Program-made: the position numbers and the translations under genes | In this document: in pieces, positions 10,361-19,607 of the stretch | Layout: every line of letters begins with the position of its first letter | Numbering within the stretch: position 1 is the stretch's first letter | Notes under the pieces: generated by a model | Seen by the model: the letters and a program-made list of their open reading frames with translations, nothing else | The model's database searches: none | What the model was told of the DNA's origin: nothing | DNA from: Bdellovibrionota bacterium | Lineage (GTDB): Bacteria; Bdellovibrionota; UBA1018; CAIPTA01; JAALKR01 | NCBI GenBank assembly: GCA_965207455.1 | Contig: CBDBMJ010000001.1 | Coordinates: 1,472,001 to 1,536,000, forward strand | Direction: 5' to 3' | DNA: 64,000 nucleotides

Positions 10361-12061
10361 ATGCCAATAGAACAACAGCGAAAATTTCTGGTGGACAAAC
10401 ACCGCCGTCAACTAGATATGCTTGCAGAGGTGGGCATCAGCCTACAAAACCTACTCCAATCTAACGATCTCTACTCAAAAATTATAGAAATTATCCAAAG
10501 CCGATTCCATTACTATCATATGAGTCTCTGGACGGTGGACGACCAACAAGAAGTAGCCACCCTGCAAGCCCATAGTGGTGCCCATGCCTATAATTTCTCT
10601 CCCGGCTTTCAGATAAAAGGTCAGGGAATCACCGCCTACGTCATTTCCACCCAAAAAGCCTACCTCAGTAATAACGTTTCCACAGACAGCAAGTATACAA
10701 GTCTAAATTTTCCCACAGAAACAAAAAGTAGCTTATGTATTCCCGTACTCTCGCTGGATGGCAAGCTATATGCTCTTATCAATATTGAGTCCATGGAGAT
10801 GAATGCATTTGATCAGGATGACCTCCACGTTATGCAAAGTGTGGCTGCCCAGGTCTCCCTTGCTCTTAGCAATGCATTTTTCTACAACGAAATAAACGAC
10901 TTTAATAAGCACCTCAAGGAAAAGATTGAAGATAAGACTAAGGAACTGCGCACTGCCCATGAGCGTATTTTACTCCAGCAACGCATGCTAAAAAAAGAAA
11001 ACCAGGTGCTCAAAACAATCGTAAAATCGTATAACGACAAAGGAGATATTTTAGGAAAATCTCATCCCATCAAATCTCTTTTATCCATGATTGACAAGTT
11101 GGCTCCCACGGACGTTACAGCACTGATTCATGGAGAAAGTGGTTCTGGGAAAAAACATGTGGCCCATCGTATTCACCAGTATTCGGATAGAACGAAGCTT
11201 CCTTTTGTACAGGTCAACTGTGGCACCACTCAAAAATCTTTATTGGAGAGCACCCTATTTGGATATGAAAAAACTTCTAACGGCGCTAAAAAAATTGGAG
11301 CGCTGGAGGCCGCAGATGGTGGTACCCTATTTATTGAAGAGATTGAGTCCATGAGCCTCCCTATCCAAGCGAAGCTGCTACGCTGTCTACAGGAAAAGGC
11401 AATCCAATCCTCTTCCAAAAAACATCCAACTCCCGTGAATGTGCGCTTAGTGAGTGCCACAAGTCGGGATCTGGAGCAAGAGGTAAAGGAGGGTAATTTT
11501 CGAGAGGATCTTTTCTATCGCATCAACACCATTACCTTGCGTATGCCACCACTACGGGAGCGCCCAGAGGATATTCCCCTTTTATTAGACTATTTTTTAA
11601 ATAACTCGAACAATTCAAACAAATCCAATGGTTTAAAAATTAGCAACCGTGCCTTAGAGGCCCTCCAAGCCTATCGCTGGCCGGGTAATGTACGCGAGCT
11701 GAAAAATACGGTAGAGCGACTCACAATACTCACAGACGGAGATACGGTTCGTCTGGATGAATTACCTTTTAGCATTCGTATGTCTCAAAAAAATGAAGGT
11801 TCCAACGAGGGTCGAGGCTCTGTGGTTTCCCACAATGTAAAACACATGACGTTGGATGAGTTAGAAAAGAGTCATATTTTACAAATGTTGTCCTATCAGT
11901 CCGGCAATAAAACAAAAACCGCAAAAGCACTGGGCATCACCATTAAAACCCTTTATAATAAATTACATCACTACGGAATATTCGGTAAAGATAAAGCAAA
12001 CAAAATAAACACACCAAGGGAGACCACACTCAATGACAACAAAGCAAACCACAAAAACTAA
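10361..12061 (+). CDS. GAF / AAA+ / Fis-HTH enhancer-binding-type regulator with degenerate sigma54-contact motif
   Basis: GAF domain, coiled coil, GESGSGK, FREDLFYRIN, WPGNVREL and NKTKTAKALGI..KTLYNKL. GAFTGA is absent. Confidence 0.9.
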   Translation: MPIEQQRKFLVDKHRRQLDMLAEVGISLQNLLQSNDLYSKIIEIIQSRFHYYHMSLWTVDDQQEVATLQAHSGAHAYNFSPGFQIKGQGITAYVISTQKAYLSNNVSTDSKYTSLNFPTETKSSLCIPVLSLDGKLYALINIESMEMNAFDQDDLHVMQSVAAQVSLALSNAFFYNEINDFNKHLKEKIEDKTKELRTAHERILLQQRMLKKENQVLKTIVKSYNDKGDILGKSHPIKSLLSMIDKLAPTDVTALIHGESGSGKKHVAHRIHQYSDRTKLPFVQVNCGTTQKSLLESTLFGYEKTSNGAKKIGALEAADGGTLFIEEIESMSLPIQAKLLRCLQEKAIQSSSKKHPTPVNVRLVSATSRDLEQEVKEGNFREDLFYRINTITLRMPPLRERPEDIPLLLDYFLNNSNNSNKSNGLKISNRALEALQAYRWPGNVRELKNTVERLTILTDGDTVRLDELPFSIRMSQKNEGSNEGRGSVVSHNVKHMTLDELEKSHILQMLSYQSGNKTKTAKALGITIKTLYNKLHHYGIFGKDKANKINTPRETTLNDNKANHKN

Positions 12062-12227
12062 AATGGGAAAAATGAACAATAAAAATTTCCGTCAGACTGC
12101 TGACGCAGAAACCTTCTATCGCTTTGTTCATGAAAATGACCTTAGGACTGAAGCTTATGCATCACTGCAACGCGCCCGGGCTGCCAGAAAAAATGCCATG
12201 GCCGCAAAAAGTCCACTAAAGCAATAA
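12033..12227 (+). CDS. small hypothetical protein (start may be 12063 or 12072)
   Basis: Fills the gap between the regulator and serA on the same strand. The KNFR...E.FYRFVHENDLR.EA core resembles small proteins I recall from Bdellovibrionota (unverified). Confidence 0.55.
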   Translation: MTTKQTTKTKMGKMNNKNFRQTADAETFYRFVHENDLRTEAYASLQRARAARKNAMAAKSPLKQ

Positions 12228-12240
12228 GAGTCGTTGAGAA

Positions 12241-13203
12241 ATGTCTAAGATAAAATTACTTATCGCTGATGGATTTGCTCCCCTAGGACTACAACGACTA
12301 GAGGAAAGCAACCTCTTCACCGTGAGCCTACACAAGGGAATCACCAAGGACGAACTCCTAAAAGTCCTACCCGAACAAGACGCCATTATTATTCGTAGTG
12401 CAACGAAATTAACAAAAGATTTAATAGAGAGTGGTACAGAACTAAAAGCTATTATGCGTGCAGGTAGCGGTGTGGATAATATCGATGTGAGTTCTGCCAC
12501 AGATAAAGGTATTTTTGTTTTCAATACACCTGGGGCAAATAATAATGCCGTAGTGGAACTTACCTTGGGCTATATTTTTGCTTTACTAAGAGAGCTACCA
12601 CGAGCCACATCTGGCATGAAAAAAAATATGTGGGAAAAAAAAGCACTGGTGGGAGGAGAGGCTTTAGATCGCTCCTTAGGAGTGCTGGGCTTGGGTGCAA
12701 TTGGATCTCTCGTGGCTCAGAAGGCTCGAGCACTGGGTATGGAACTATTTGCCTATGACCCTAGAATGGCAGATCTTCAAGTAGACCCATCCACAAAGAA
12801 ATGCTCCACTATCAACGAGGTATTTGAAAAATCTTCCATGGTTAGTGTGCATATTCCTCTCGCAGAAAATACAAGACATTCCATAGGCACGGAGCAGTTT
12901 CAAAAAATGGCAAAAGGTTCCTATCTTATCAATTGCTCCAGAGGGGGCATTGTGAAAGAGGACGATCTTCTTTGTGCACTGGAAGACGGCACCCTTGCAG
13001 GTGCTGCCATGGATGTTTTTGAAGCAGAACCTACTAATAACGAGAAGCTCGTGGCCCATCCAAAATTTATTTGTACTCCCCATATTGGTGCGAGCACAAA
13101 AGAAAGTCAGAAAAAAGTGGCTCTTTCCGCTGCCGATAGCTTAATCAAATATTTTAGCGATGGAAATACAACAAACGCTATCAATAAAAATAGGATAAAT
13201 TAA
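12241..13203 (+). CDS. serA: D-isomer 2-hydroxyacid dehydrogenase, SerA-like, without an ACT domain
   Basis: RAGSGVDNID, GLGAIG, INCSRGG, DVFE.EP and TPHIGAST motifs. Confidence 0.75.
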   Translation: MSKIKLLIADGFAPLGLQRLEESNLFTVSLHKGITKDELLKVLPEQDAIIIRSATKLTKDLIESGTELKAIMRAGSGVDNIDVSSATDKGIFVFNTPGANNNAVVELTLGYIFALLRELPRATSGMKKNMWEKKALVGGEALDRSLGVLGLGAIGSLVAQKARALGMELFAYDPRMADLQVDPSTKKCSTINEVFEKSSMVSVHIPLAENTRHSIGTEQFQKMAKGSYLINCSRGGIVKEDDLLCALEDGTLAGAAMDVFEAEPTNNEKLVAHPKFICTPHIGASTKESQKKVALSAADSLIKYFSDGNTTNAINKNRIN

Positions 13204-14489
13204 TGAGTACTGTAGCAGTTATTGGAGCACAATGGGGTGATGAAGGTAAGGGCAAGGTGGTGGACTTCTTTGGGCAACAGGCAGACATGGTGGTGCGCTT
13301 TCAAGGAGGCAATAACGCTGGCCATACGATTGTTGTGGATGATGAAAAAATAATACTCCACCTCATCCCCGCGGCAGCACTCCATGCAAACAAAACCTGC
13401 TTAATTGCTAACGGCGTAGTTGTGGATGTGGAAGCCCTCCTAAAAGAAGTGGACGACTTGAAAAGCAAGAATTACCTCCAAACGTCAAAACTATATGTGA
13501 GTAACCAGGCTCATGTAATTATGCCCTATCATAAAATTTTAGATAAGCTTCGGGAGAATCAAGAAAACTCCACCACTATCGGCACAACAGGGAAAGGGAT
13601 TGGTCCCGCATACGCAGATAAAATATCCCGAACTGGAATTCGTTGTGAAGATCTTCTCCAGCCGGAATACCTAAGACATCGCTTGGAGGAAATTTTACCT
13701 GAAAAGAATCATCTTATTGAACATTTTTTTTCCCATCCACCACTGAAACTGGAACCCCTGTTGGAAGAACTCCTAAAACTAGGGGAAAAGCTCCAGCCGT
13801 TCTTAAGAAATACATCTCAGCTCATCCATGCTGCCTTAAAAGAAAATAAAAAAATTATGTTGGAAGGCGCCCAAGGTGCGCTCTTAGATATTGACTATGG
13901 AACCTATCCCTATGTAACCAGTTCCAACACCACTAGCTCTGGAGCTTGTACGGGTAGTGGCTTGCCTCCATCGAGCATAGATGAGGTAATTGCCATTACC
14001 AAAGCATACACCACACGAGTGGGTGAAGGACCCTTTCCAACGGAACTCACCGACGATACAGGAGATCTTCTCCAAAAAGTAGGCAAAGAATTTGGTGCCA
14101 CCACGGGGCGCACACGACGTTGTGGGTGGCTAGACCTAGTGGCCCTTCGCCAGACAAAAGACATATGCGGCTTCACGGGACTAGCCCTTACAAAAATAGA
14201 TGTCCTACAAGCAGTGAAAGAAATAAAGGTATGTGTTGCGTACAAACTCGATGGCAAAACGATTACTGCTCCACCCTCTTCCACACAAGACCTGGCCCGT
14301 GTGGAGCCCGTATATAAAACATTCCCTTCTTGGAAAACCGATATGAGTAAAATAAAATCTCCAGAAGATATACCCAAGGAATTACAGGACTATATCGATT
14401 TTATAGAAGAAACACTGGAAACAAAAGCAGTGCTGCTTTCCATGGGACCCGACCGCAACGATACCCTCACTCTAATCAATCCCTTTTAG
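13203..14489 (+). CDS. purA: adenylosuccinate synthetase
   Basis: QWGDEGKGK, GGNNAGHT, GIGPAY.DK, EGAQG and TTGR.RRCGW motifs. Confidence 0.99.
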   Translation: MSTVAVIGAQWGDEGKGKVVDFFGQQADMVVRFQGGNNAGHTIVVDDEKIILHLIPAAALHANKTCLIANGVVVDVEALLKEVDDLKSKNYLQTSKLYVSNQAHVIMPYHKILDKLRENQENSTTIGTTGKGIGPAYADKISRTGIRCEDLLQPEYLRHRLEEILPEKNHLIEHFFSHPPLKLEPLLEELLKLGEKLQPFLRNTSQLIHAALKENKKIMLEGAQGALLDIDYGTYPYVTSSNTTSSGACTGSGLPPSSIDEVIAITKAYTTRVGEGPFPTELTDDTGDLLQKVGKEFGATTGRTRRCGWLDLVALRQTKDICGFTGLALTKIDVLQAVKEIKVCVAYKLDGKTITAPPSSTQDLARVEPVYKTFPSWKTDMSKIKSPEDIPKELQDYIDFIEETLETKAVLLSMGPDRNDTLTLINPF

Positions 14490-15251
14490 TTATTTCTTTA
14501 CTAATTTTGTAATCACAATTTCTATTCGTCGATTACGTTGCCGACCCGCAGGTGTTTTGTTGGAAGCTATGGGGTGACCATTGGCGTACCCACCGGCAGA
14601 GATACGACTTGCAGGAAACTTATACCTGGCAATTATATAGCGTACAATCCAAGCAGCCCTAGCACCGGAAAGCTCCCAGTTGCTGGGATATCTACTATTT
14701 TTCAGCACAGGGGTGGAATCTGTATGCCCCTCCACATGCACCACATAGTCTGTTTTGCTCAGCAATTGAGATACTTGGTTGATCAGTACAAGGTATTTTC
14801 TTTTAATTTCAGCCTTTCCCGGATAAAACAAATCATTTGCCACTAGGCGAATCACTAACCCATTGTCCTCATAAACCAATTCAAAAATATCTTTTAAATC
14901 TGTGGTCTGCATTTGAAGGGCAATGGAATCCTCTATACTGCGAGCTAAATTTTCTAGTTCCCTATTATCCACAGGCTCCGCATTCATCTTGCCCATGGGA
15001 AGATCCATAATCCGCCCTCGTAAAGAATACCGGTCTCGTACACGAACAGCGGAACCCACCCCCAAGTCCAGCTTTCCCGGAGGGCCAAAGAAATTCCTCT
15101 GAATAGAGGTAACTATTTTTTTAATTTTAGATTTATCTTGATTGGCAATAGCGTACATCACCACAAAAAAAGCAAATAAAAGAGTGATAAAATCTGCGTA
15201 AGATATAACCCAACGTTCTAAATTTATATGTTCTTCTTTTTTTCTCCTCAA
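14490..15251 (-). CDS. motB: flagellar stator protein MotB
   Basis: W..SYADFITLL TM segment; OmpA-like domain GHTD...NWELS..RA...NRRIEI. Confidence 0.95.
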   Translation of the reverse strand: MRRKKEEHINLERWVISYADFITLLFAFFVVMYAIANQDKSKIKKIVTSIQRNFFGPPGKLDLGVGSAVRVRDRYSLRGRIMDLPMGKMNAEPVDNRELENLARSIEDSIALQMQTTDLKDIFELVYEDNGLVIRLVANDLFYPGKAEIKRKYLVLINQVSQLLSKTDYVVHVEGHTDSTPVLKNSRYPSNWELSGARAAWIVRYIIARYKFPASRISAGGYANGHPIASNKTPAGRQRNRRIEIVITKLVKK

Positions 15252-15252
15252 A

Positions 15253-16023
15253 TCAACTTTCCTCGGTGGAACGAAGATCAGGTTCTAGGAAAACTTCCAG
15301 CTTGTCCCTAAGAAAATGCGGATTTAAGCCCTCTTGAATACCATTAATACCCACTCGAATGATTTCACCATGGTAGGACAGTAGCGCTGCCTTACGCTTA
15401 ATTTTTGTTCCCAGTGGGATAAACACAAGGTTTGCAAGCCCCACACCGTAAATGGTGGCAATAAACGCCACTGCAATACCAGAACCTATCTGATCCGGAT
15501 TATCTAAACTCTGCATTACAAAGATCAAGCCTAATACTGCACCTAAAATCCCAATCGTGGGAGAATAACCACCTGCACTTTCCCAAACCTTACCCGAGGA
15601 CTCTATTTCGTCGGCATCTATATTGATGTTGGATTCCAGAATTTCTGTAACCGTGGCAGGATCAAAACCGTCAATTACATATTTTAAGGCAAAACGAAAC
15701 CTGTCATCCACAATACTCTCCCGTATTCCCTCTACCGCTAGTATTCCTTCTTTTCGAGCTAAGGAAGCCACCTTGAGAATTTCCTCTATAAGCCCCCGGT
15801 GATCTAAATTCACATTATTAAACGCTACCTTCAGGCCCTCATTAAACGCCTTCTTTATATCTTTAGTAGGAAAACTCACCAAAACAGCTCCAAATGTGCC
15901 ACCAACAACAATCAGAAATGCCGAAGGACCATAAAGAGCTGTAAGTGGCAGGTGCTCCAAATGTGCCCCCAGCAACACTGCTCCAATTCCTAACGTCAAG
16001 CCTCCAATAGTTGCTAAATCCAC
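15253..16023 (-). CDS. motA: flagellar stator protein MotA
   Basis: ARKEGILA, GYSPTIGILGAVLGLI and AFIATIYGV motifs. Confidence 0.95.
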   Translation of the reverse strand: MDLATIGGLTLGIGAVLLGAHLEHLPLTALYGPSAFLIVVGGTFGAVLVSFPTKDIKKAFNEGLKVAFNNVNLDHRGLIEEILKVASLARKEGILAVEGIRESIVDDRFRFALKYVIDGFDPATVTEILESNINIDADEIESSGKVWESAGGYSPTIGILGAVLGLIFVMQSLDNPDQIGSGIAVAFIATIYGVGLANLVFIPLGTKIKRKAALLSYHGEIIRVGINGIQEGLNPHFLRDKLEVFLEPDLRSTEES

Positions 16024-16224
16024 TTATTCCTTCCTCGTATAAGCACACTGAAAGCACTTTTGCTTGTACTCAGTGGCTAGGCGTATAACTTCTTCCACAC
16101 TCTCTCGTACCATTATCTTCTCGTTATCCAAGGTTAATAATGTGTCAGGAGTTGACTCCAGGTATTTGATTAAATCCACATTTATGATAAATTCTTTATT
16201 ATTGAGCCTATGTAATTTTATCAT
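16024..16224 (-). CDS. flbD: flagellar FlbD-family protein
   Basis: MIKLHRLN...N.DLI...E.TPDT.....V.ES.EEV pattern, directly upstream of motA. Confidence 0.9.
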   Translation of the reverse strand: MIKLHRLNNKEFIINVDLIKYLESTPDTLLTLDNEKIMVRESVEEVIRLATEYKQKCFQCAYTRKE

Positions 16225-16232
16225 ACTATTTT

Positions 16233-16260
16233 ATTCTAACAATCCGTATGGTAGTGTCAA
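16233..16260 (-). promoter_or_regulatory. sigma70-type promoter for flbD-motAB, probably leaderless
   Basis: TTGACA-16 nt-TAGAAT with a TGn extension, 8 nt before the ATG; no Shine-Dalgarno sequence. Confidence 0.6.
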
Positions 16261-16288
16261 TATGGAAAAAGCAAAACTCCAATAAACG

Positions 16289-18325
16289 ATGGACTCATTT
16301 AAACTCAGTACAAATTTCACTCCTAAGGGAGATCAGCCAAAAGCGATTAAAGAGCTCTGTGAAGGAATAGAGTCCAAAAAAAAACACCAAGTCTTATTGG
16401 GAATAACAGGTTCTGGAAAAACCTATACCATGGCCAATGTTATTGCAAAGCTCAATTGTCCAGCCCTAATTGCAGCTCCCAATAAAACGCTAGCTGCCCA
16501 GTTGTATGAGGAGTTTAAAGAATTCTTCCCTGAAAATCATGTACACTATTTTGTTTCCTACTATGATTTCTATCAGCCCGAGGCCTATATTCCCTCCACA
16601 GACACGTTTATTGAAAAAGACTCTCAAATTAATGAGGAAATAGACAGGCTTCGCCACGCAACCACCCATTCCCTTTTATCCCAAAAAGATATTATTATCA
16701 TAGCCAGTGTTTCTTTTATCTATGGTCTGGGCTCACCAGAAGTATATAAAAAACTCCATGTGGAAGTAGAGGTAGGCCAACGGATAAAGCGTAAAAAACT
16801 CCTGGAAAGCCTTGTGGAAATACTCTACGAACGCAACGACATGGATTTTCACCGAGGGAGCTTTCGAGCACGAGGAGACACGGTGGAAATTTTCCCTGCC
16901 TACGAAGAGGACGTTGCCATACGGGTAGAGTTTTTTGGAGATGAAATAGACAGCATTATTTTAGTGGACCCTTTGAGAGGTGTGCCCATTCGAAAGTTAC
17001 AGCACGTATCCATTTATCCAGCCTCCCACTATGTTACAGAAGCCAGTAGCCGGAAAAAAGCCATCACTACCATACAGGATGAACTTAGGGAGCGACTCCA
17101 AGCCATGCGTGCCATAGAAAAGGAGGGAGAAGCTCGTCGATTAGAACAACGCACTTTATACGACATAGAAATGATGGAGGAGTTGGGCTACTGCCAAGGA
17201 ATTGAAAATTACTCTCGCCATCTGAGTGGTCGACCCACGGGCGCTCCTCCTCCCACGCTTTTGGAATACTTTCAAAAAAACTTCCTTATGATTGTGGATG
17301 AAAGCCATATTACAATTCCCCAAATTGGAGGCATGTACCGAGGAGATAGGGCTCGAAAAATGAACTTAGTGGAGCATGGATTTCGTCTGCCCAGTGCTTT
17401 GGACAATCGTCCATTAAATTTTGAGGAGTTTGAACAAATCACAGAAGAAAATGCAAAAGGAGTTATTTATGTGAGTGCCACTCCGGGTGATTATGAATTG
17501 GAAAAAACAAAGGGAGAGTATGTGGAACAAATCATTCGTCCCACGGGTCTCTTGGATCCAAAAATATATGTGAGGCCCGCTCTTACTCAAATTGAGGATC
17601 TATTCAAAGAAATTCAAGCACGCACTCAAGTGCCACCTGGGACAGAACCATCTCGAGTGCTCGTAACTGTTTTAACTAAAAAATTCGCTGAAGACCTCAC
17701 TACCTACCTTCTTAAAAAGGGTGTTCGGGTTCGATACCTCCATTCAGATGTGGAAACTTTGGATCGTATTGAAATTTTGCGAGATCTAAGGAAGGGAATT
17801 TTCGACGTATTGGTGGGAATCAATCTCCTTCGAGAAGGCTTAGACCTACCTGAAGTGTCTCTTGTGGCTATTGTGGACGCAGACAAGCCGGGTTTTCTAC
17901 GCAGCAACCGTTCCCTTATCCAAACAATTGGGCGAGCTTCCCGAAATGTAGATGGAACTGTCATTTTATACGGGGATAAAGTTACCAGCAGCATGAACTA
18001 TGCTATCCAAGAAACACAAAGGCGGCGAGACGTTCAATTCCAATATAATAAAAAACATGGCATCACCCCAGAAACCATAAAAAAATCACTGCGACTCTCT
18101 TCATTTAAAAACCAACGAAAACAAAAAGATGAAAAAACAGTCCTCCACAATGTTTCTGAATTCCAGCACTTAAAATCCATCCATGAAGTTCGACAGGAAA
18201 TAAAGTCATGGAATAAAAAAATGATCACTGCTGCTCAAGAAAGGAACTTCGAGTACGCAGCAAAATGTCGAGACAAAGTACAGCAGCTCAAAAAGCTAGA
18301 ACTCAAACTCCTATCCCTGGAATAA
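16289..18325 (+). CDS. uvrB: excinuclease ABC subunit B
   Basis: [35 protein letters not shown] and a C-terminal UVR domain. Confidence 0.99.
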   Translation: MDSFKLSTNFTPKGDQPKAIKELCEGIESKKKHQVLLGITGSGKTYTMANVIAKLNCPALIAAPNKTLAAQLYEEFKEFFPENHVHYFVSYYDFYQPEAYIPSTDTFIEKDSQINEEIDRLRHATTHSLLSQKDIIIIASVSFIYGLGSPEVYKKLHVEVEVGQRIKRKKLLESLVEILYERNDMDFHRGSFRARGDTVEIFPAYEEDVAIRVEFFGDEIDSIILVDPLRGVPIRKLQHVSIYPASHYVTEASSRKKAITTIQDELRERLQAMRAIEKEGEARRLEQRTLYDIEMMEELGYCQGIENYSRHLSGRPTGAPPPTLLEYFQKNFLMIVDESHITIPQIGGMYRGDRARKMNLVEHGFRLPSALDNRPLNFEEFEQITEENAKGVIYVSATPGDYELEKTKGEYVEQIIRPTGLLDPKIYVRPALTQIEDLFKEIQARTQVPPGTEPSRVLVTVLTKKFAEDLTTYLLKKGVRVRYLHSDVETLDRIEILRDLRKGIFDVLVGINLLREGLDLPEVSLVAIVDADKPGFLRSNRSLIQTIGRASRNVDGTVILYGDKVTSSMNYAIQETQRRRDVQFQYNKKHGITPETIKKSLRLSSFKNQRKQKDEKTVLHNVSEFQHLKSIHEVRQEIKSWNKKMITAAQERNFEYAAKCRDKVQQLKKLELKLLSLE

Positions 18326-18345
18326 AAGCAAGAAAACCGTCGTGA

Positions 18346-19566
18346 TTATTTCTTATCCTCTGGTGTGGACGGAATGTCGTAGTATACATATTCCTCGTTT
18401 TTATAGTTCCTTAGGGTAATGACGTTCTTCTCCTGCTTGACCACATAGGAGGGAATCAGGGGGATTTTTCCACCGCCGCCTGGGCAGTCCACCACAAAGT
18501 GAGGAACGGCAAGACCAGAGGTCCAGCCACGAAGGGCTTCTATGATTTTCACTCCCACGCTAATGGGTGTGCGAAAGTGGGAAATTCCTTGGGCCATATC
18601 GCATTGGTAAATATAGTAGGGTCGAACACGCATCATTAAAAGTTTATGATTGAGTTCCTTTACCACCATGGGATCGTCGTTGATGCCCTTGAGAATCACC
18701 ATTTGGTTGGAGATGGAGCAGCCAGCGTCCGAAAGCTTACGGCAAGCGTCCATGGCCTCCAGGGTACATTCCTTGGGGTGGTTGAAGTGGGTGTTCACAA
18801 ATACGGGATGGTGTTTTTTCACCATATAAATAAAATCGTCGTTAATTCTTTGAGGAAGGGTAACCAGGTTACGGGTTCCGAGGCGAAACATTTCAATATG
18901 GGGCATATCCCGTAAAGATCCAAGAATATAGTCTAGGCGTGCATCGCTGTTGGATAGGGGGTCTCCGCCAGAAATCACCACGTCCCGAATTTCTGGGTGG
19001 GTGCGGATATAGTCTAGGCCAATGTCTAACTGACTCTTTTGGGCAGCGCTGCTGGGATCCGATACCTTTCGTTTTCTGGTGCAGTGGCGACAGTACATGG
19101 CACAATTATGGGTGGTATAGAAAAGTACACGGTCCGGGTAGCGGTGGGTAATGCCGGGAACGGGCATATCCTTTTCCTCTCCAAGGGGATCTTCTAACTC
19201 TGTGGGGTGGATGGTGAGCTCTCCCATTTTAGGCACGGCTTGCATGCGGATGGGGCAATTGGGGTCATCGGGGTCCATCAGGGCAGCATAATAGGGTGTG
19301 ATGGACATATTAAACATTTCCACAGAGGCGGTGTAGGCTTGGCGTTCATCGTCGGTTACGCGAATAATCTTTTGTAGGCCCTCCATGGTACGAATGCGAT
19401 TGCGTTGTTGCCAGGTCCAGTTGTCCCAGTCCTTTTGTGCTGCACCAGCCCAAACCGACCGTCCTGCCGTTGGGAAGTGCTTCATCACATTGGGGTGCAC
19501 AGGATTTAACTCTTGTTTGGGTGTAGGCACCACCCTGAGCTCAGGTTTTTTCTTTGGATTTTCCAA
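18346..19566 (-). CDS. kamA: KamA-family radical SAM aminomutase (lysine 2,3-aminomutase-like)
   Basis: HRYPDR, CAMYCRHCTRKR (CX3CX2C), SGGDPL, THFNHP and PGGGGK; TTG start with GGAGG RBS. Confidence 0.88.
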   Translation of the reverse strand: MENPKKKPELRVVPTPKQELNPVHPNVMKHFPTAGRSVWAGAAQKDWDNWTWQQRNRIRTMEGLQKIIRVTDDERQAYTASVEMFNMSITPYYAALMDPDDPNCPIRMQAVPKMGELTIHPTELEDPLGEEKDMPVPGITHRYPDRVLFYTTHNCAMYCRHCTRKRKVSDPSSAAQKSQLDIGLDYIRTHPEIRDVVISGGDPLSNSDARLDYILGSLRDMPHIEMFRLGTRNLVTLPQRINDDFIYMVKKHHPVFVNTHFNHPKECTLEAMDACRKLSDAGCSISNQMVILKGINDDPMVVKELNHKLLMMRVRPYYIYQCDMAQGISHFRTPISVGVKIIEALRGWTSGLAVPHFVVDCPGGGGKIPLIPSYVVKQEKNVITLRNYKNEEYVYYDIPSTPEDKK

Positions 19567-19607
19567 AACGTTCTCCCTCCACTACTATACAATAAATATA
19601 CATTCAG

